Part shown: positions 12,230 through 24,267 of the stretch, one piece after another
Numbering within the stretch: position 1 is the stretch's first letter
How the letters are laid out: every line of letters starts with the position of its first letter
NCBI GenBank assembly: GCA_030390025.1
Contig: CM059431.1
Location: 142,788,001 to 142,852,000, forward strand
Reading direction: 5' to 3'
Source: Squalus acanthias
Lineage: Eukaryota
DNA: 64,000 bases
Position numbers and translations under genes: made by a program
Notes under the pieces: generated by a model
Databases searched by the model: none
What the model was told of the DNA's origin: nothing
Seen by the model: the letters and a program-made list of their open reading frames with translations, nothing else

Positions 12230-13548
12230 GAATCGAGCTGAATACAGAAAGTACAGAGGAGAAATCAAAAAGGAACTAAGAGGGGCACGGAAAAATTGAG
12301 AAAAGATTAGTGGGAATATAATAGAGAACAATTAAAATCTTTCTTAAACATATAAAGCCTAAAAGGACAGTCAACGGAAAGGTGCGACAATTAAGGACCA
12401 AAAGGGCAATCTTCTTGTGGATGCAGTGGGCATGGCTGAGGTACTAAATGAGTACTTTGCATCTGCCTTCACTAAAGAAGAGGATGCTGCCAATGTTACA
12501 GTAAAGGAGAAGGTGGTAGTGAAATTGGACAGGATATAAATAGCCCAAGAGGATGTACTAAAACAGTTGGCAGCGCTCAAAGTGGAAAAGTCACTAGTCT
12601 GGATGGGATGCATCCTGGGTTGCTGAGAGAAGTAAGGCTCTGGCCACAATCTTTGCATCCTCCTTGGATAAGGGAGTGGAGCCACAGGACTGGAGATTTG
12701 CAAATGTTACCCCCTTGTTTAAAAGTGGGGAGTGTGATAAACCAATTAACTACAGGTGAATCAGTCTAGCGCCGGTGTTGAGGAAACTTCTTGAGACAAA
12801 TCATTGAGACAATAGCCAGAGACACAATTACTTGTCACTTGGAAGAACATGGGCTACCAAACGTCAGCCTAAACAGATTGGTTAAAGGCAAATCGAGTCT
12901 GACTTGTTTCATTTCTTCGATGAAATAAGGGAGCGGACTGTTGAAGGTTGTACAGTTGATGCTGTGTATATGGAATTTTAGAAGACTTTTGATAAAGTAC
13001 CTCATAATAGACTTGTTGGCAAAATTGAAGCCAATGACATTAAAGGTGCAATGTTAGCGTGGATACTACATTAGGGAAGGGACAGAAAGCAGAAGGTTGT
13101 GGTGAAGCGAGGTTTTTCAGACTGGAGAGAAGTTATAGTGGTATCTCCAGGGGTCAGTATTACGAGCATTGCTCTTTTTAATATATATCAATGACCTGGA
13201 CTTGGGTATACAGGGCATCATTTCATAGTTTGCAGATAACACAAAACTCGGAAAAGTTGTAAACCCTGAGGAGGATAATGGAAGACGTCAGGAGGACATA
13301 AACCGTCTGGTGAAATGGACAGACATATGGCAGGTTAGATTTAATGCAGGAGTGTGAAGTGATGCATTTTGGAAGAAAGAATGAGGAAATGCAATATAAA
13401 ACAAATAGTACAAGAGTAAAGGGGGTGCAAGAACAGACAAACATGGGGGCAGACATACAGAAATCATTGAAGGTGGCAGGACAAGTTCATAAAGCTTTTA
13501 GAAAAGCATATGGGATCACTGGCTTTATAAATAGAGACATAGGAATAT
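12230..13548 (+). mobile_element. Decayed CR1 ORF2 fragment
   Basis: Remnants of NEYFASAFT, NVTPLFK, FDKVPH and FADNTKL. Confidence 0.85.
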
Positions 13549-14292
13549 AGGAACGTAGGAACAGTAGGCTATTCATTGGCTCGAGCCTGTTCCGCCGTTC
13601 AATTCAATCATGGCTGATCTTTGTCTTAACTCCATCTACCCGCCTTGGCTCCATAAGCCTAAATACCCTGGTCAAACAAAAATCTATCAAACTCAGTTCG
13701 GAAATTTTCAAATTGACCCCCAGCCTCAACAGCTGTTGAGTGCGAGTGTTCCAGATTTCCACTACCCTTTGTGTGAAGAAATGCTTTCTAACGTCACCAC
13801 TGAACGGACTAGCTCTGCTTTTAAGGTTATGCCCCCTTGTACTGGCCTCCTCCATCAGAAGAAACAGTTTCTCTCTCTTTATCTTATCAATTCCTTAGAT
13901 CATCTTAAATACCTCAATTAGATCACCCCTTAACAGTTTATATTCAAGGGAATACAAGCTTCGTCTATGCAATCAGTCTTCATAATTTAACTCTTAACTC
14001 TGAGCTGGACCACCACCAAAGCCAAGATATCCTTCCTGAGGTGCTGTGCCCAGAACAACATTGAACTCTAAATCGGTTCTAACCAGAGCTCTGTACAGGT
14101 GTATCATTACTTTTGTGTTCCAGCGATCCTGAGATAAAGCCCAACATTCCATTAGCCGTTTCACTTACTTTTGTACTTATCCACTAGCTTCGAGTAATTT
14201 CTATACTTGGAGCCATAATTCTCTCTGCTCATCCACGGTGCCTAGTCTCTCACTATTTAGAAAATACTCTGATCTCTCTTTTTAGATCCAAG
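13549..14292 (-). mobile_element. CR1 3' fragment
   Basis: ORF 13604-13855 (TRGHNLK...FFTQRVVEIWN). Confidence 0.85.
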
Positions 14293-14294
14293 AG

Positions 14295-16797
14295 GAACAG
14301 ATATGTCGGCAAATCTCAGAGAAGTGTAGAAATAATAGGGTAACAATAGTAGGGGATTTCAACTTCCCCAATATTAACTGGGATAGTCAGAGTGCGAAAG
14401 GCTTAGAGGGTGTGGAATTCTTAAAGTGCATCCAGGAGAGCTTTTTGAGCCAGCATGTAGAAAGTCCAACAAGAGAGGGGGCGGCACTGGACCTAATTCT
14501 AGGGAATGTAGCCGGGCAAGTGGTAGAAGTGTCAGTAGGAGAGCATTTTGGTGACAGTGACCATAATTCGGTGAGATTTAAGGTAGTCATGGAAAAGGAC
14601 AAAGATGGACCGGAAATAAAGGTTCTAAATTGGGTGAAGGCCGATTTTAATATGATAAGGCAGGATCTGGCCAAAGTGGACTGGGATCAGCTACTTGTAG
14701 GAAAATCCACATCAGAGCAGTGGGAGTCATTCAGAAAGGAAATAGAGAGAGTACAGCGCCAACATGTTCCTGTAAAGGTCAAGGGTGGGACCAACAAGCC
14801 CAGGGAACCCTGGATGTCAAGGAATATACAAGAATGGAGTAGGAAAAAAAGTGAGGCTTTTGGCAGATACAAAGGACTAAAAACAGTGGAAGCCCAAGAG
14901 GAGTATAGAAAGTGCAGGGGGGTACTTAAAAAAAGAAATTAGGAGAGCGAAGAGGGGGCATGAAAAAACACTAGCGGGCAAAATAAGGAAAATCCCAAGG
15001 TGTTTTATAAGTATATTAAGGGCAAGAGGATAACCAGGGAAAGAGTAGGGCCCATTAGGGACCAAAGTGGCAATCTGTGTGTAGAGCCAGAAGGTGTAGG
15101 TGAGGTTTTAAATGAATATTTTACATCTGTGTTCACTATGGAGGACAATGTAGGCATAGAAATCAGGCTGGGGAATTGTGATATACTTGAACAAATTAGC
15201 ATTGAGAGGGAGGAGGTACTAGCGGTTTTAGCGGGCTTAAAAGTGGATAAATCCCCAGGCCCAGACGAGATGTATCCCAAGCTGCTGTGTGAGGCAAGGG
15301 AGGAGATTGCAGGGGCTCTGACACAAATTTTCAGAACCTCTCTGGCCACAGGGGAGCTGCCAGAGGACTGGAGGACAGCTAACATAGTACCATTATTCAA
15401 GAAGGGTAGTAGGGATAAACCAGGGAATTACAGGCCAGTGAGCCTAACATCAGTGGCAGGGAAATTATTGGAAAAAATTCTGAGGGACAGAATTAGTCTC
15501 CACTTGGAAAGGCAAGGATTAATCAAGGATAGTCAGCATGGCTTTGTCAAGGGGAGATCATGTCTAACCAATTTGATTGAATTTTGAGAGGGGGTGACTA
15601 GGTGTGTGGATCAGGGTAGTGCAGTTGATGTAGTCTACATGGACTTCAGTAAGGCTTTTGACAAAGTCCCGCATGGGAGACTGGTCAAGAAGGTAAGAGC
15701 CCATGGGATCCAGGGCAACTTGGCACTTTGGATCCAAAATTGGCTTAGTGGCAGGAGGCAGAGGGTGATGGTCGAAGGTTGTTTTTGTGACTGGAAGCCT
15801 GTGTCCAGTGGTGTAACGCAGGGATCGGTGCTGGGTCCCTTGCTGTTTGCAACATACATTCATGATTTAGATATGAATGTAGCAGGTATGATCAGTAAGT
15901 TCGCAGATGACACGAAAATTGGTGGAGCGGTAAATAGCGAGGAGGGAAGCCTCAGGCTATAGGACGATATAGACGGGTTGGTCAGATGGGCAGAACAGCG
16001 GCAAATGGAATTTAACCCTGAAAAGTGTGAGGTGATGCATTTTGGGAGGACTAACAAGGCAAGGGAATACACAATGAATGGTAGGACCCTAGGAAGGACA
16101 GAGGATCAGAGGGACCTTGGTGTGCATGTACATAGATCCCTGAAGGCAACAGGACAGGCAGATATGGTGGTTAAGAAGGCATATGGGATACTTGCCTTCA
16201 TTAGCCGAGGCATAGAATATAAGAGCACGGAGGTTATGATGGAGCTGTACAAAACGCTAGTTAGGCCACAGCTGGAATACTGTGTGCAGTTCTGGTCACC
16301 GCACGATAGGAAGGATGTGATTGCATTGGAGAGGGTGCACATGACATTCACCAGGATGTTACCTGGGCTGGAGCGTTTCAGCTATGGAGACTGGACAGGC
16401 TGGGATTGTTTTCCTTAGAGCAGAGAAGGCGGAGGGGGGACCTGATTGAGGTGTACAAAATTATGAGGGTAGATAGAAAAGAACTTTTCCCCTTAGTAGA
16501 GGGGTCAATAACCAGGGGGCATAGTTTCAAGGTAAGGGGCAGGAGGTTTAGAGGGGATTTAAGGGAAAACTATTTCATCCAGATGGTGGTTGGAATCTGG
16601 AACTCACTGCCTGAAAGGGTGGTAGAGGCAGGAACCCTCACAGCATTCAAGCAGCATTTAGATGAGCACTTGAAACACCATAGCATACAAGGCTACAGAC
16701 CAAGTGCTGGAAAATGGGATTAGAATAGATAGAGCTTGATGGCCGGTGGGTACACGATGGGCCGAAGGGCCTCTTTCTGTGCTGTATAACTCTATGA
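14295..16797 (+). mobile_element. 5'-truncated CR1 LINE (part of endonuclease, RT, 3' end), disrupted by frameshifts and stops
   Basis: GDFN, SDHN, KSPGPD, DFSKAFDKVPH, FADD; ends in a CTCTATGAC tail. Confidence 0.95.
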
Positions 16798-17480
16798 CGG
16801 GTGAACATGACTTGTTGCGAGTTAGAATACATGGAGCAGATTTTTGGATGAGTTCAAGTTTATGGAGGGTGGAAAAGGGAGGCCGGCCAGGAGAGCCTTG
16901 GAACAGTCAAGTCTAGAGGTAACAAAGGAATGGATGAGGGTATCAGCAACAGATGAGCTGAGGCAGGGGCAGAGACTGGCACTGTTGCGGAGCTGGAAGT
17001 AGACACTGTTGGCTATGGAGTGGATATGTGGTCAGAAGCTTATGCTACGGTTAAAAACGACAGCAAGTTTGCAAACGGTCTGATTCAGCCTCAGACAGTG
17101 GGCAGTGAGAGGGATGGAGTCGATGCTTCGGGAACACAGCTCGTGGCGGGAACCGAAGACAATGGCTACTGTTACCTTTCTACCTGTCCCACTGGTGCTG
17201 CTCACCTGAGAATCCCTCCCGCTGACACAGCTGGTTGATGCTTTTCACGTATCTCCACACAACAGCAGGGTGCACTGTCTAGGAAACACTTACAATGGAA
17301 AGCCTGGTCACGCTCACAGGCCGAGGGGTTGGGCGTGCAGCGGGCACAGGAGTTAGGTCAGTGTGGCGCGGGTAGAGGTAGAGGAAAGAGAGGTGGAGGC
17401 AGGGGGCAGAGTGGGGACAGGAATTTATTGCACTCTGGACAGTCTTACCCTGAATATAGCAGACATTGTACAAGGGAGGA
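16798..17480 (-). other. L2-derived plus unique block duplicated in inverted orientation at 48645-49350
   Basis: Direct reverse-complement match (e.g. 16850-16915 vs 49235-49305). Confidence 0.85.
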
Positions 17481-17529
17481 AACATACATCTCTTCTAATA
17501 TTAAAACCAACTTCTAATATTATTACTAA

Positions 17530-17760
17530 CAGCAAAATACTGGAGATGCTGGAAATCTGTCATAAAAGCTGAAAATGCTGGAAACACTCAGCGAGTCAGG
17601 CAGTGTCTATGGGGAGGGGACGGTGGGGTTAACGGTTCAGGTCAATGACCTTTCCTGAGAACGGGCTCAGGATCTGAAACATTAACCCCACCTTCCTCTC
17701 CCCACAGACACTGCCTGACCTGCTGAGTGTTTCCAGCATTTTCAGCTTTTATTTCTAATA
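17530..17760. mobile_element. Palindromic (fold-back) repeat, probably a Penelope pseudo-LTR-derived non-autonomous element
   Basis: Arms 17562-17643 and 17669-17752 are reverse complements; degenerate CTGA..GAAAC in the centre; Penelope origin is inference. Confidence 0.7.
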
Positions 17761-18456
17761 TTATTACGCATCCCCATTTCAGACTATATTCTGTGTTTTA
17801 CTTGGTGTGGGTTCTCACCATTTCAGAATACACTGGGAATCTGATGCTCGCTGTGTATCTGACGTTGATTTTGGAAGCACATTCCCTGCTTGCTTTGACC
17901 GGTGTTGTTCTACTTCTGTATTGTGTGTGTCTGTGACCAATGAAACAGGAGGCAAACACTCACCCAGCGTTTAATGTCTTTCACCGTCCCCAGTACTAAA
18001 CACTGGGGATGTCCAAAGGTAATGAAGCTGTGCTCAGCATTCACTATCTGATAATACCCCGTACCTGCTGGTCACAGGCCGTGCTGATCTTTGAGGCTTG
18101 TCTCTGCATCGTGTTCAATGAATTGACTATAATTAGTTTCTCTGTTCAATCTTTCCCTTGATTTTTCACCAGATCTGAGCTATTTTAACATTGAGATCTG
18201 ATGGTGTCGGTGTGAGTTCAGCCCCACCTAATAAACATACACGTGTCCATCTGCTGGGCTCTGCCCCAGACTGGAGTCACCTCTCAGATCAAATTCCTTT
18301 ACTCTAAAAGACACACAAGATTCGCTGTGACTGTGTGTTTAGAGACACACTTTACATCCCATTGCACGGCCTCATGCTGGATAATTGTGCTCAGTCTCTC
18401 CCAGTCTCATTCTCACCATTTCCTGCCTTACCTTGTAACCATTGTGTACTGTCTAC

Positions 18457-18700
18457 AGGACCAGTGTGTATCTGAGTCAATGGAACTCTCTCTGACCTTT
18501 CTCCCCAGTCCATCTCCAGGACCAGTGTGTATCTGAGTCAATGGGACTCTCTCTGACCTTTCTCCCCAGTCCATCTCCAGGACCAGTGTGTATCTGAGTC
18601 AATGGGACTCTGACCTTTCTCCCCAGTCCATCTCCAGGACCAGTGTGTATCTGAGTCAATGGGACTCTCTCTGACCTTTCTCCCCAGTCGATCTCTGGAA
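18457..18700. repeat. 61-bp tandem repeat, ~4 copies, each with a TGAGTCA (AP-1 consensus)
   Basis: Unit AGGACCAGTGTGTATCTGAGTCAATGGAACTCTCTCTGACCTTTCTCCCCAGTCCATCTCC. Confidence 0.95.
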
Positions 18701-19019
18701 GCTCTTTGAATCGGAAGGGTTTTCGCTGGTTGATTCTCTCACAATCCTGTGTTGGTTCACCTGCTGTTGTTCCTCAGTCTACAATCCTTGTTTACTTCCA
18801 ACTGTGGACCTTCCTCAATCACTCCGTCATTCACCGGAGATCTAATTATGGTAGGGCAGAAAATGAGAAATATTGAAAGCGTGAAATAATGTAATGTAGA
18901 CTTTTCTTCTGCTTACCAAAAATTAAATTTCCAGGCCGAGTATTTGTTTGATTTTGTCCCTTTCCTCAGATCCTCAGTTCCGGGCTGTGTGTTTAGTTTG
19001 GAGATTTTCCTCACAGTAA

Positions 19020-19610
19020 ATTTCCGGCCGCCTGAGACTCCCCCATTCTCACTGCTCTGGGCGGAAATGCGCCATTTTGTGTCCAAAGTGCCTGAACCCA
19101 CCGCGCCCTCCACCCCCGGCCCAGCCCCTGTATTGTGAGCCGGTTCAGCACATTCCCCGGGAGCTGATGCTGACAGGAATCTCCCCTCCGTTTCTCTGCC
19201 GAGTTACAAAGCGGGTCTGTGACACTGTGAAGCCCCTCCCTCCCTCGCTGTGATCTAAACTCTGGGCTGAGCAGCCGCGCTGTCAGGCCGTGTGCTGAAT
19301 GGAGCCGAGTTCCCTCAGTCACAGAGCGCGGCCCCTGTAACCCGGGCAACCATCCTGTTTCTTACCGTCACTCACACACCGGCCCGCGTGACCCGGCCCG
19401 CCCCACAGCAAACCCCGCCCACTGCACATCCCCGGATCAGCAAGGGAGCCGCACTGCGCCTGCGCGGGAGTGCAAGGGAGCGGCATTGCGCCTGCGCGGG
19501 AGGGCAAGGAGCGGCACTGCGCCTGCGCGGGAGATCAAGGAGCGGCACTCCGCCTGCGCGGGAGGGGAAGGGTACGGCGCTGCAACTGCGCCAGAAAGCA
19601 ACGGAGAGAG
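19020..19610 (-). promoter_or_regulatory. CpG-island promoter, probably minus-oriented, with tandem NRF1-like sites
   Basis: ~31-bp repeats each carrying GCGCCTGCGCG (19454-19560); GC box CCCCGCCC; YY1-like CGCCATTTTG near 19070; minus-strand GTAAG donors at 19361-19365 and 18912-18916. Confidence 0.6.
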
Positions 19611-20229
19611 GCTGCATCACTCCAGCGCCACCAGTGGCGGGAGGACTACACAGGAAAATATCAACAGGAGGAGGCAATTCAGCCCCTCCAGCCTGTTCCA
19701 CCATTCAATTAGACCAGGGCTGATCTGTGTCTTAACCCCATGGACCTGCCTTGGTTCCGTAATCCTTAATGCCCAACAAACATCTATTAATCTCAGTTTT
19801 GACATGTTCAATTGACCCCCAGCCTCAACAGATTGTTGGGGGAAGAGTTCCAGATTTCCACCACCCTGTGTGTGAAGAAATCCTTTCCACCATCCAAAGG
19901 GAACAAGATAATTATCTGAAGGAAAAAACATTGCAGGGCGACAGGGAAAGAGCGGGGGATTGAGCTGAAGTGCTCTTGCAGAAATCCAACACGGGTTCGA
20001 CGAGCTGAATGGCCTCCTACTGTGCCGTAACGATGATTCTACCACCCCTTAATGGCCTAGATTATTTATTGAGAGTTGGATCTGAAATATATTTGAGTGT
20101 CTGGTACTACCTTAACACTCAGTATAATATCGATATTATGGGGAACATAAAAGTCAGTTCTTTCCAAGTTGGTGCTGGGGGCGGGGAGACAGTTAATATC
20201 TGCTGGGCTCTTGGATCAAACCCCTTCCA

Positions 20230-21385
20230 ATCTTACAACACAGGAGGCCATTTGGCCCAAAGTGCTTGTGCCGGCTCTTTAAAAAGATGTCAAAACTAGT
20301 CCCACACCCCAGCTTTCTCCCCATAACCCTGGAAATCCGTCCTCTTCAAGTACAGGTCCAATTGTCTTTGGAAAGTTCCTCTTGAATGTGTTTCCATCAG
20401 TTTATCAGGTGGTGCATTCCAGATCTTAAATCTCTGTGTAAAGCAAATTCTCCTAATTTCTCCTCCAGTTCTTTTGCCAATTATTTAAAAACTGTGACCT
20501 TTTGTTAACTCCCCATTTGCCAAAGGAAACATGTCTTCCTACTTGCTCCATCAAAACCCCTCATAATTTTGAATTATTAGGTCTCCCCCTCACCTTCTCT
20601 GCTCTAAAGGCAACAATCCCAACTTCTCCGATCTCTCCACATAATTGAAGTCCGTCATCCCTGGTACCATCCTGGTAAACCTCCTCTGTACCCTCTACAT
20701 GACCTTGGCATCCTTCCTAAAGTGCGGTGCCCAGAATTGTACACAATACTCCAGCCCAACCAGTGAATTGTAATGGGTTATCATTGACCTCCTTGTTTTT
20801 GTGTTCAATGCCCCATTTACAAAGCAAAATCTCCCAAGCACTCTCAAATGCATTTTCAACTTATCTTCCCACATTCAAAGATTTCTGAGTCTGCACCCCC
20901 AGATCTCTCTGCTATTGTACCCCCTCAATATACTAGTCAAGTAAGTTCACACTGAGCTGTATTAAATTGCATCTGCCATGTGTCTGCCCATTTCACCAGT
21001 CAGTCTTTGTCTTTCTAAAGTCTGCTACTATCCTGCTCACCATTCACAACAGTTAAACTTTGTATCATCAGCAAAACTCGAAGGTCCACTCACTATACCG
21101 AAGTCCAGGACATTTAAAATATTTAAAACACCAAAGGTCCCAATTCCAGGCCCTGGATGACCCAATGCATCCTTCTCTCCAGTCAGAAAAACATCCGTTC
21201 GCCACTGTTCTCCGCCTCCTATCACTCAGACAATTAGGAACCCAATTTACCACCGTCCCTTTAATATCATGCGCTTCTCTTTTCCAAACAAGTCTGATAG
21301 GTGGCCCTTCATCAAATGGATTTTGAAAGTCCATAGATACATCTACTGCACTCCCTTCATCAACCCTCTCTGCTACTTCATTTAC
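20230..21385 (-). mobile_element. Decayed CR1 RT/3' fragment
   Basis: ORFs 21068-21454 and 21037-21225 (DEGSAVDV, FADDTK). Confidence 0.85.
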
Positions 21386-21555
21386 AATAAAAAACACAAG
21401 ATTCAGTGTGACTGTGTGTTTAGAGACAGAAACTGATCTCACTTCAAATTCCATTGCACGGCCTCATGCTGGATAATTGTGCTCACTGTTCAGACTCTCC
21501 CAGTCTCATTCTCACCAGTTCCTGCCTTACCATGTAATCTTTCAGGACTGTCGAC

Positions 21556-21865
21556 AGGACCAGTGTGTATCTGAGTCAATGGAACTCTCTCTGACCTTTC
21601 TCCCCAGTCCGTCTCCAGGACCAGTGTGTATCTGAGTCAATGGAACTCTCTCTGACCTTTCTCCCCAGTCCGTCTCCAGGACCAGTGTGCATCTGAGTCA
21701 ATGGAAACTCTCTGACCTTTCTCCCCAGTCCGTCTCCAGGACCAGTGTGTATCTGAGTCAATGGAACTCTCTCTGACCTTTCTCCCCAGTCCGTCTCCAG
21801 GACCAGTGTGTATCTGAGTCAATGGGACTCTCTCTGACCTTTCTCCCCAGTCCATCTCCAGCACC
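21556..21865. repeat. Second array of the 61-bp repeat (~5 copies, resuming at 23997-24075 after a CR1 insertion)
   Basis: Same unit as 18457-18700; flank 21390-21555 duplicates 18305-18456. Confidence 0.95.
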
Positions 21866-23998
21866 ATAGGCAATGGCTAACATTTAAGGAACGAATGCAT
21901 GAATTGCAACAGTTATACATTCCTTTCTGGCGCAAAAACACAAAAGGAAAAGCGGCCCAACCATGGCTAACAAAATAAATTAAGGATAGTATTAGATCCA
22001 AAGAGGTGTCACATAAAGTTGCCAGAAAAAGTAGAAAGACTGAGGATTGGGAGCAGTTTAGAGTTCAGCAAAAAAGGACCAAGAGATTGATTAAGAGGGG
22101 AAAAATAAGTATGAGAGTAAACTTGCAAGGAACATAAAAGCGGATTGTAAAAGGTTCTACAAGTATGTAAAAAGAAAAAGATTAGTGAAAATAAATGTAG
22201 GTCCCTTACAGTCAGAAACGGGAGAAATTATAATGGGGAATATGGGAATGGTGGAGCAATTAAACACATACTTTGGTTCTGTCTTCATGGAAGAGGACAC
22301 AAATAACTTCCCAGAAATGCTAGGGAACGAAGGGTCTAGTGAGAAGGAAGAATTAAAGGCAATTAGTATTAGTAAAAAATAGTGCTGGATAAATTAATGA
22401 GACTGAAAGCCAATAAATCCCCAGGGCCTGATAATCTGCATCCCAGAGTACTAATAGAGGTAGCCATTGAAATAGTGGATGCATTGGTTGTCATCTTCCA
22501 AAATTCTATAGATTATGGAAGAGTTCCTGCAGATTGGAGGGTGGCAAATGTAACCCCACTATTTAAAAAAGGAGGGAGAGAAAACAAGGAACTACAGACC
22601 GGATAGCCTAACATCAGTAGTAGGGAAAATGTTAGAGACTATTATAAAGGATGTGATAACTGGACACTTAGAAAATATCAACGGGATTAGACAAAGTCAA
22701 CATGGATTTATGAAAGGGAAATCGTGTTTGACAAACCTACTGGAGATTTTTGAGGATGTAACTGGTAGAATAAATAAGGGAGAACCAGTGGATGTGGTTA
22801 ATTTGGATTTTCGGAAGGCCTTTGATAAAGTCCCACATAAGAGGTTAGTGTGCAAAATTAAAGCAAATGGGATTGGGGGTAATATACTGGCATGGATTGA
22901 AAATTGGTTAACAGACAGGAAACAGAGAGTAGAAATAAATGGGTCTTTTTCGGGGTGGCAGGCGGTGACTAGTGGGGGTACCAGAGGGATCAGTGCTTGG
23001 GCCCCAGCTATTCACAATATATATCAATGACTTGGATGAGGGAACCAAATGTAATATTTCCAAGTTTGCTGACGACACAAACCTAAGTGGGATTGTGAGT
23101 TGTGAGGAGGATGCAAAGAGGCTTCAAGGTGATTTAGACAAGTTGAGTGAGTGGGCAAATACATGGCAGATGCAGTATAACGTGGATAAATGTGATGCTT
23201 TCCACTTCAGTAGGAAAAACAGAAAGGCAGAGTATTATTTAAATAGTGATAGATTGGGAAATGTTGATGTACAAAGGGGCCTGGGTGTCCTTGTACACCA
23301 GTCACGGAAAGCAAACATGCAGTTGCAGCAAGCAGTTAGGAAGGCAAATGGTATGTTGGCCTTCATTGCAAGAGGATTTGAGTACAGGAGCAAGGATGTC
23401 TTACTGCAGTTGTACAGGGCCTTGATGAGACCACACCTGGAGTACTGTGTGCAGTTTTGGTATCCTTACCCAAGAAAGGATATACTTGCCATAGAGGGAG
23501 TGCAGCGAAGGTTCACCAGACTGATTCCTGGGATTGCAGGACTGTCGTATGAGGAGAGATTGGGTCAACTAGGCCTGTATTCCCAAGAGTTTAGAAGCAT
23601 GAGAGGGGATCTCATTGAAACGTTTAAAATTCTGACTGGGCTAGACAGATTGAATGCAGGGAGGATGTTTCCCCTGACTGGGGTGTCTACAACGAGGGGT
23701 CACAGTCTCAGGATACAGGGTAGGACATTTAAGACTGAGATGAGGAGAAATTTCTTCACTTAGAGGGTGGTGAACCTGTGGAATTCTCTACCACAGAAGG
23801 CTGTGGAGGTCAAGTCACTGCATATATTGAAAGAAGGAGATAGATAGATTTCTAGACACAAAAGGCATCAAGGGGTATGGGGAGAGAGCGGGAATATGCT
23901 ATTGAGATAGAGGATCAGCCATGATCATATTGAATGGCGGAGCAGGCTCGGAGGGCCAAATTGGCTACTCCTGCTCCTATTTTTCTATGTTTCTATGT
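21866..23998 (+). mobile_element. 5'-truncated CR1 LINE inserted in the 61-bp array
   Basis: ORFs 22185-23763 (KSPGPD, DFRKAFDKVPH, FADD); TTCTATGT microsatellite tail. Confidence 0.95.
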
Positions 23999-24267
23999 AT
24001 CTGAGTCAATGGGACTCTCTCTGACCTTTCTCCTTGGTCCATCTCCAGGACCAGCGTGTATCTGAGTCAATGGGTCTACCTCCCTCTCCCTTTATGACAG
24101 AGGCGGGCTGTATTTGGCTGTGCGGGGCAGGGCAGGAAGGTTTCTAGCGATAAGTGAGGCATCTTAATCAGAATATTCAACAATCAGAACCAGCATTAAC
24201 TGTGGCTCAGTGCAGGAACACTCAGACTGAACTGTCCCCGTGTTGGAGAGCGAGAGACAAGAGGATC

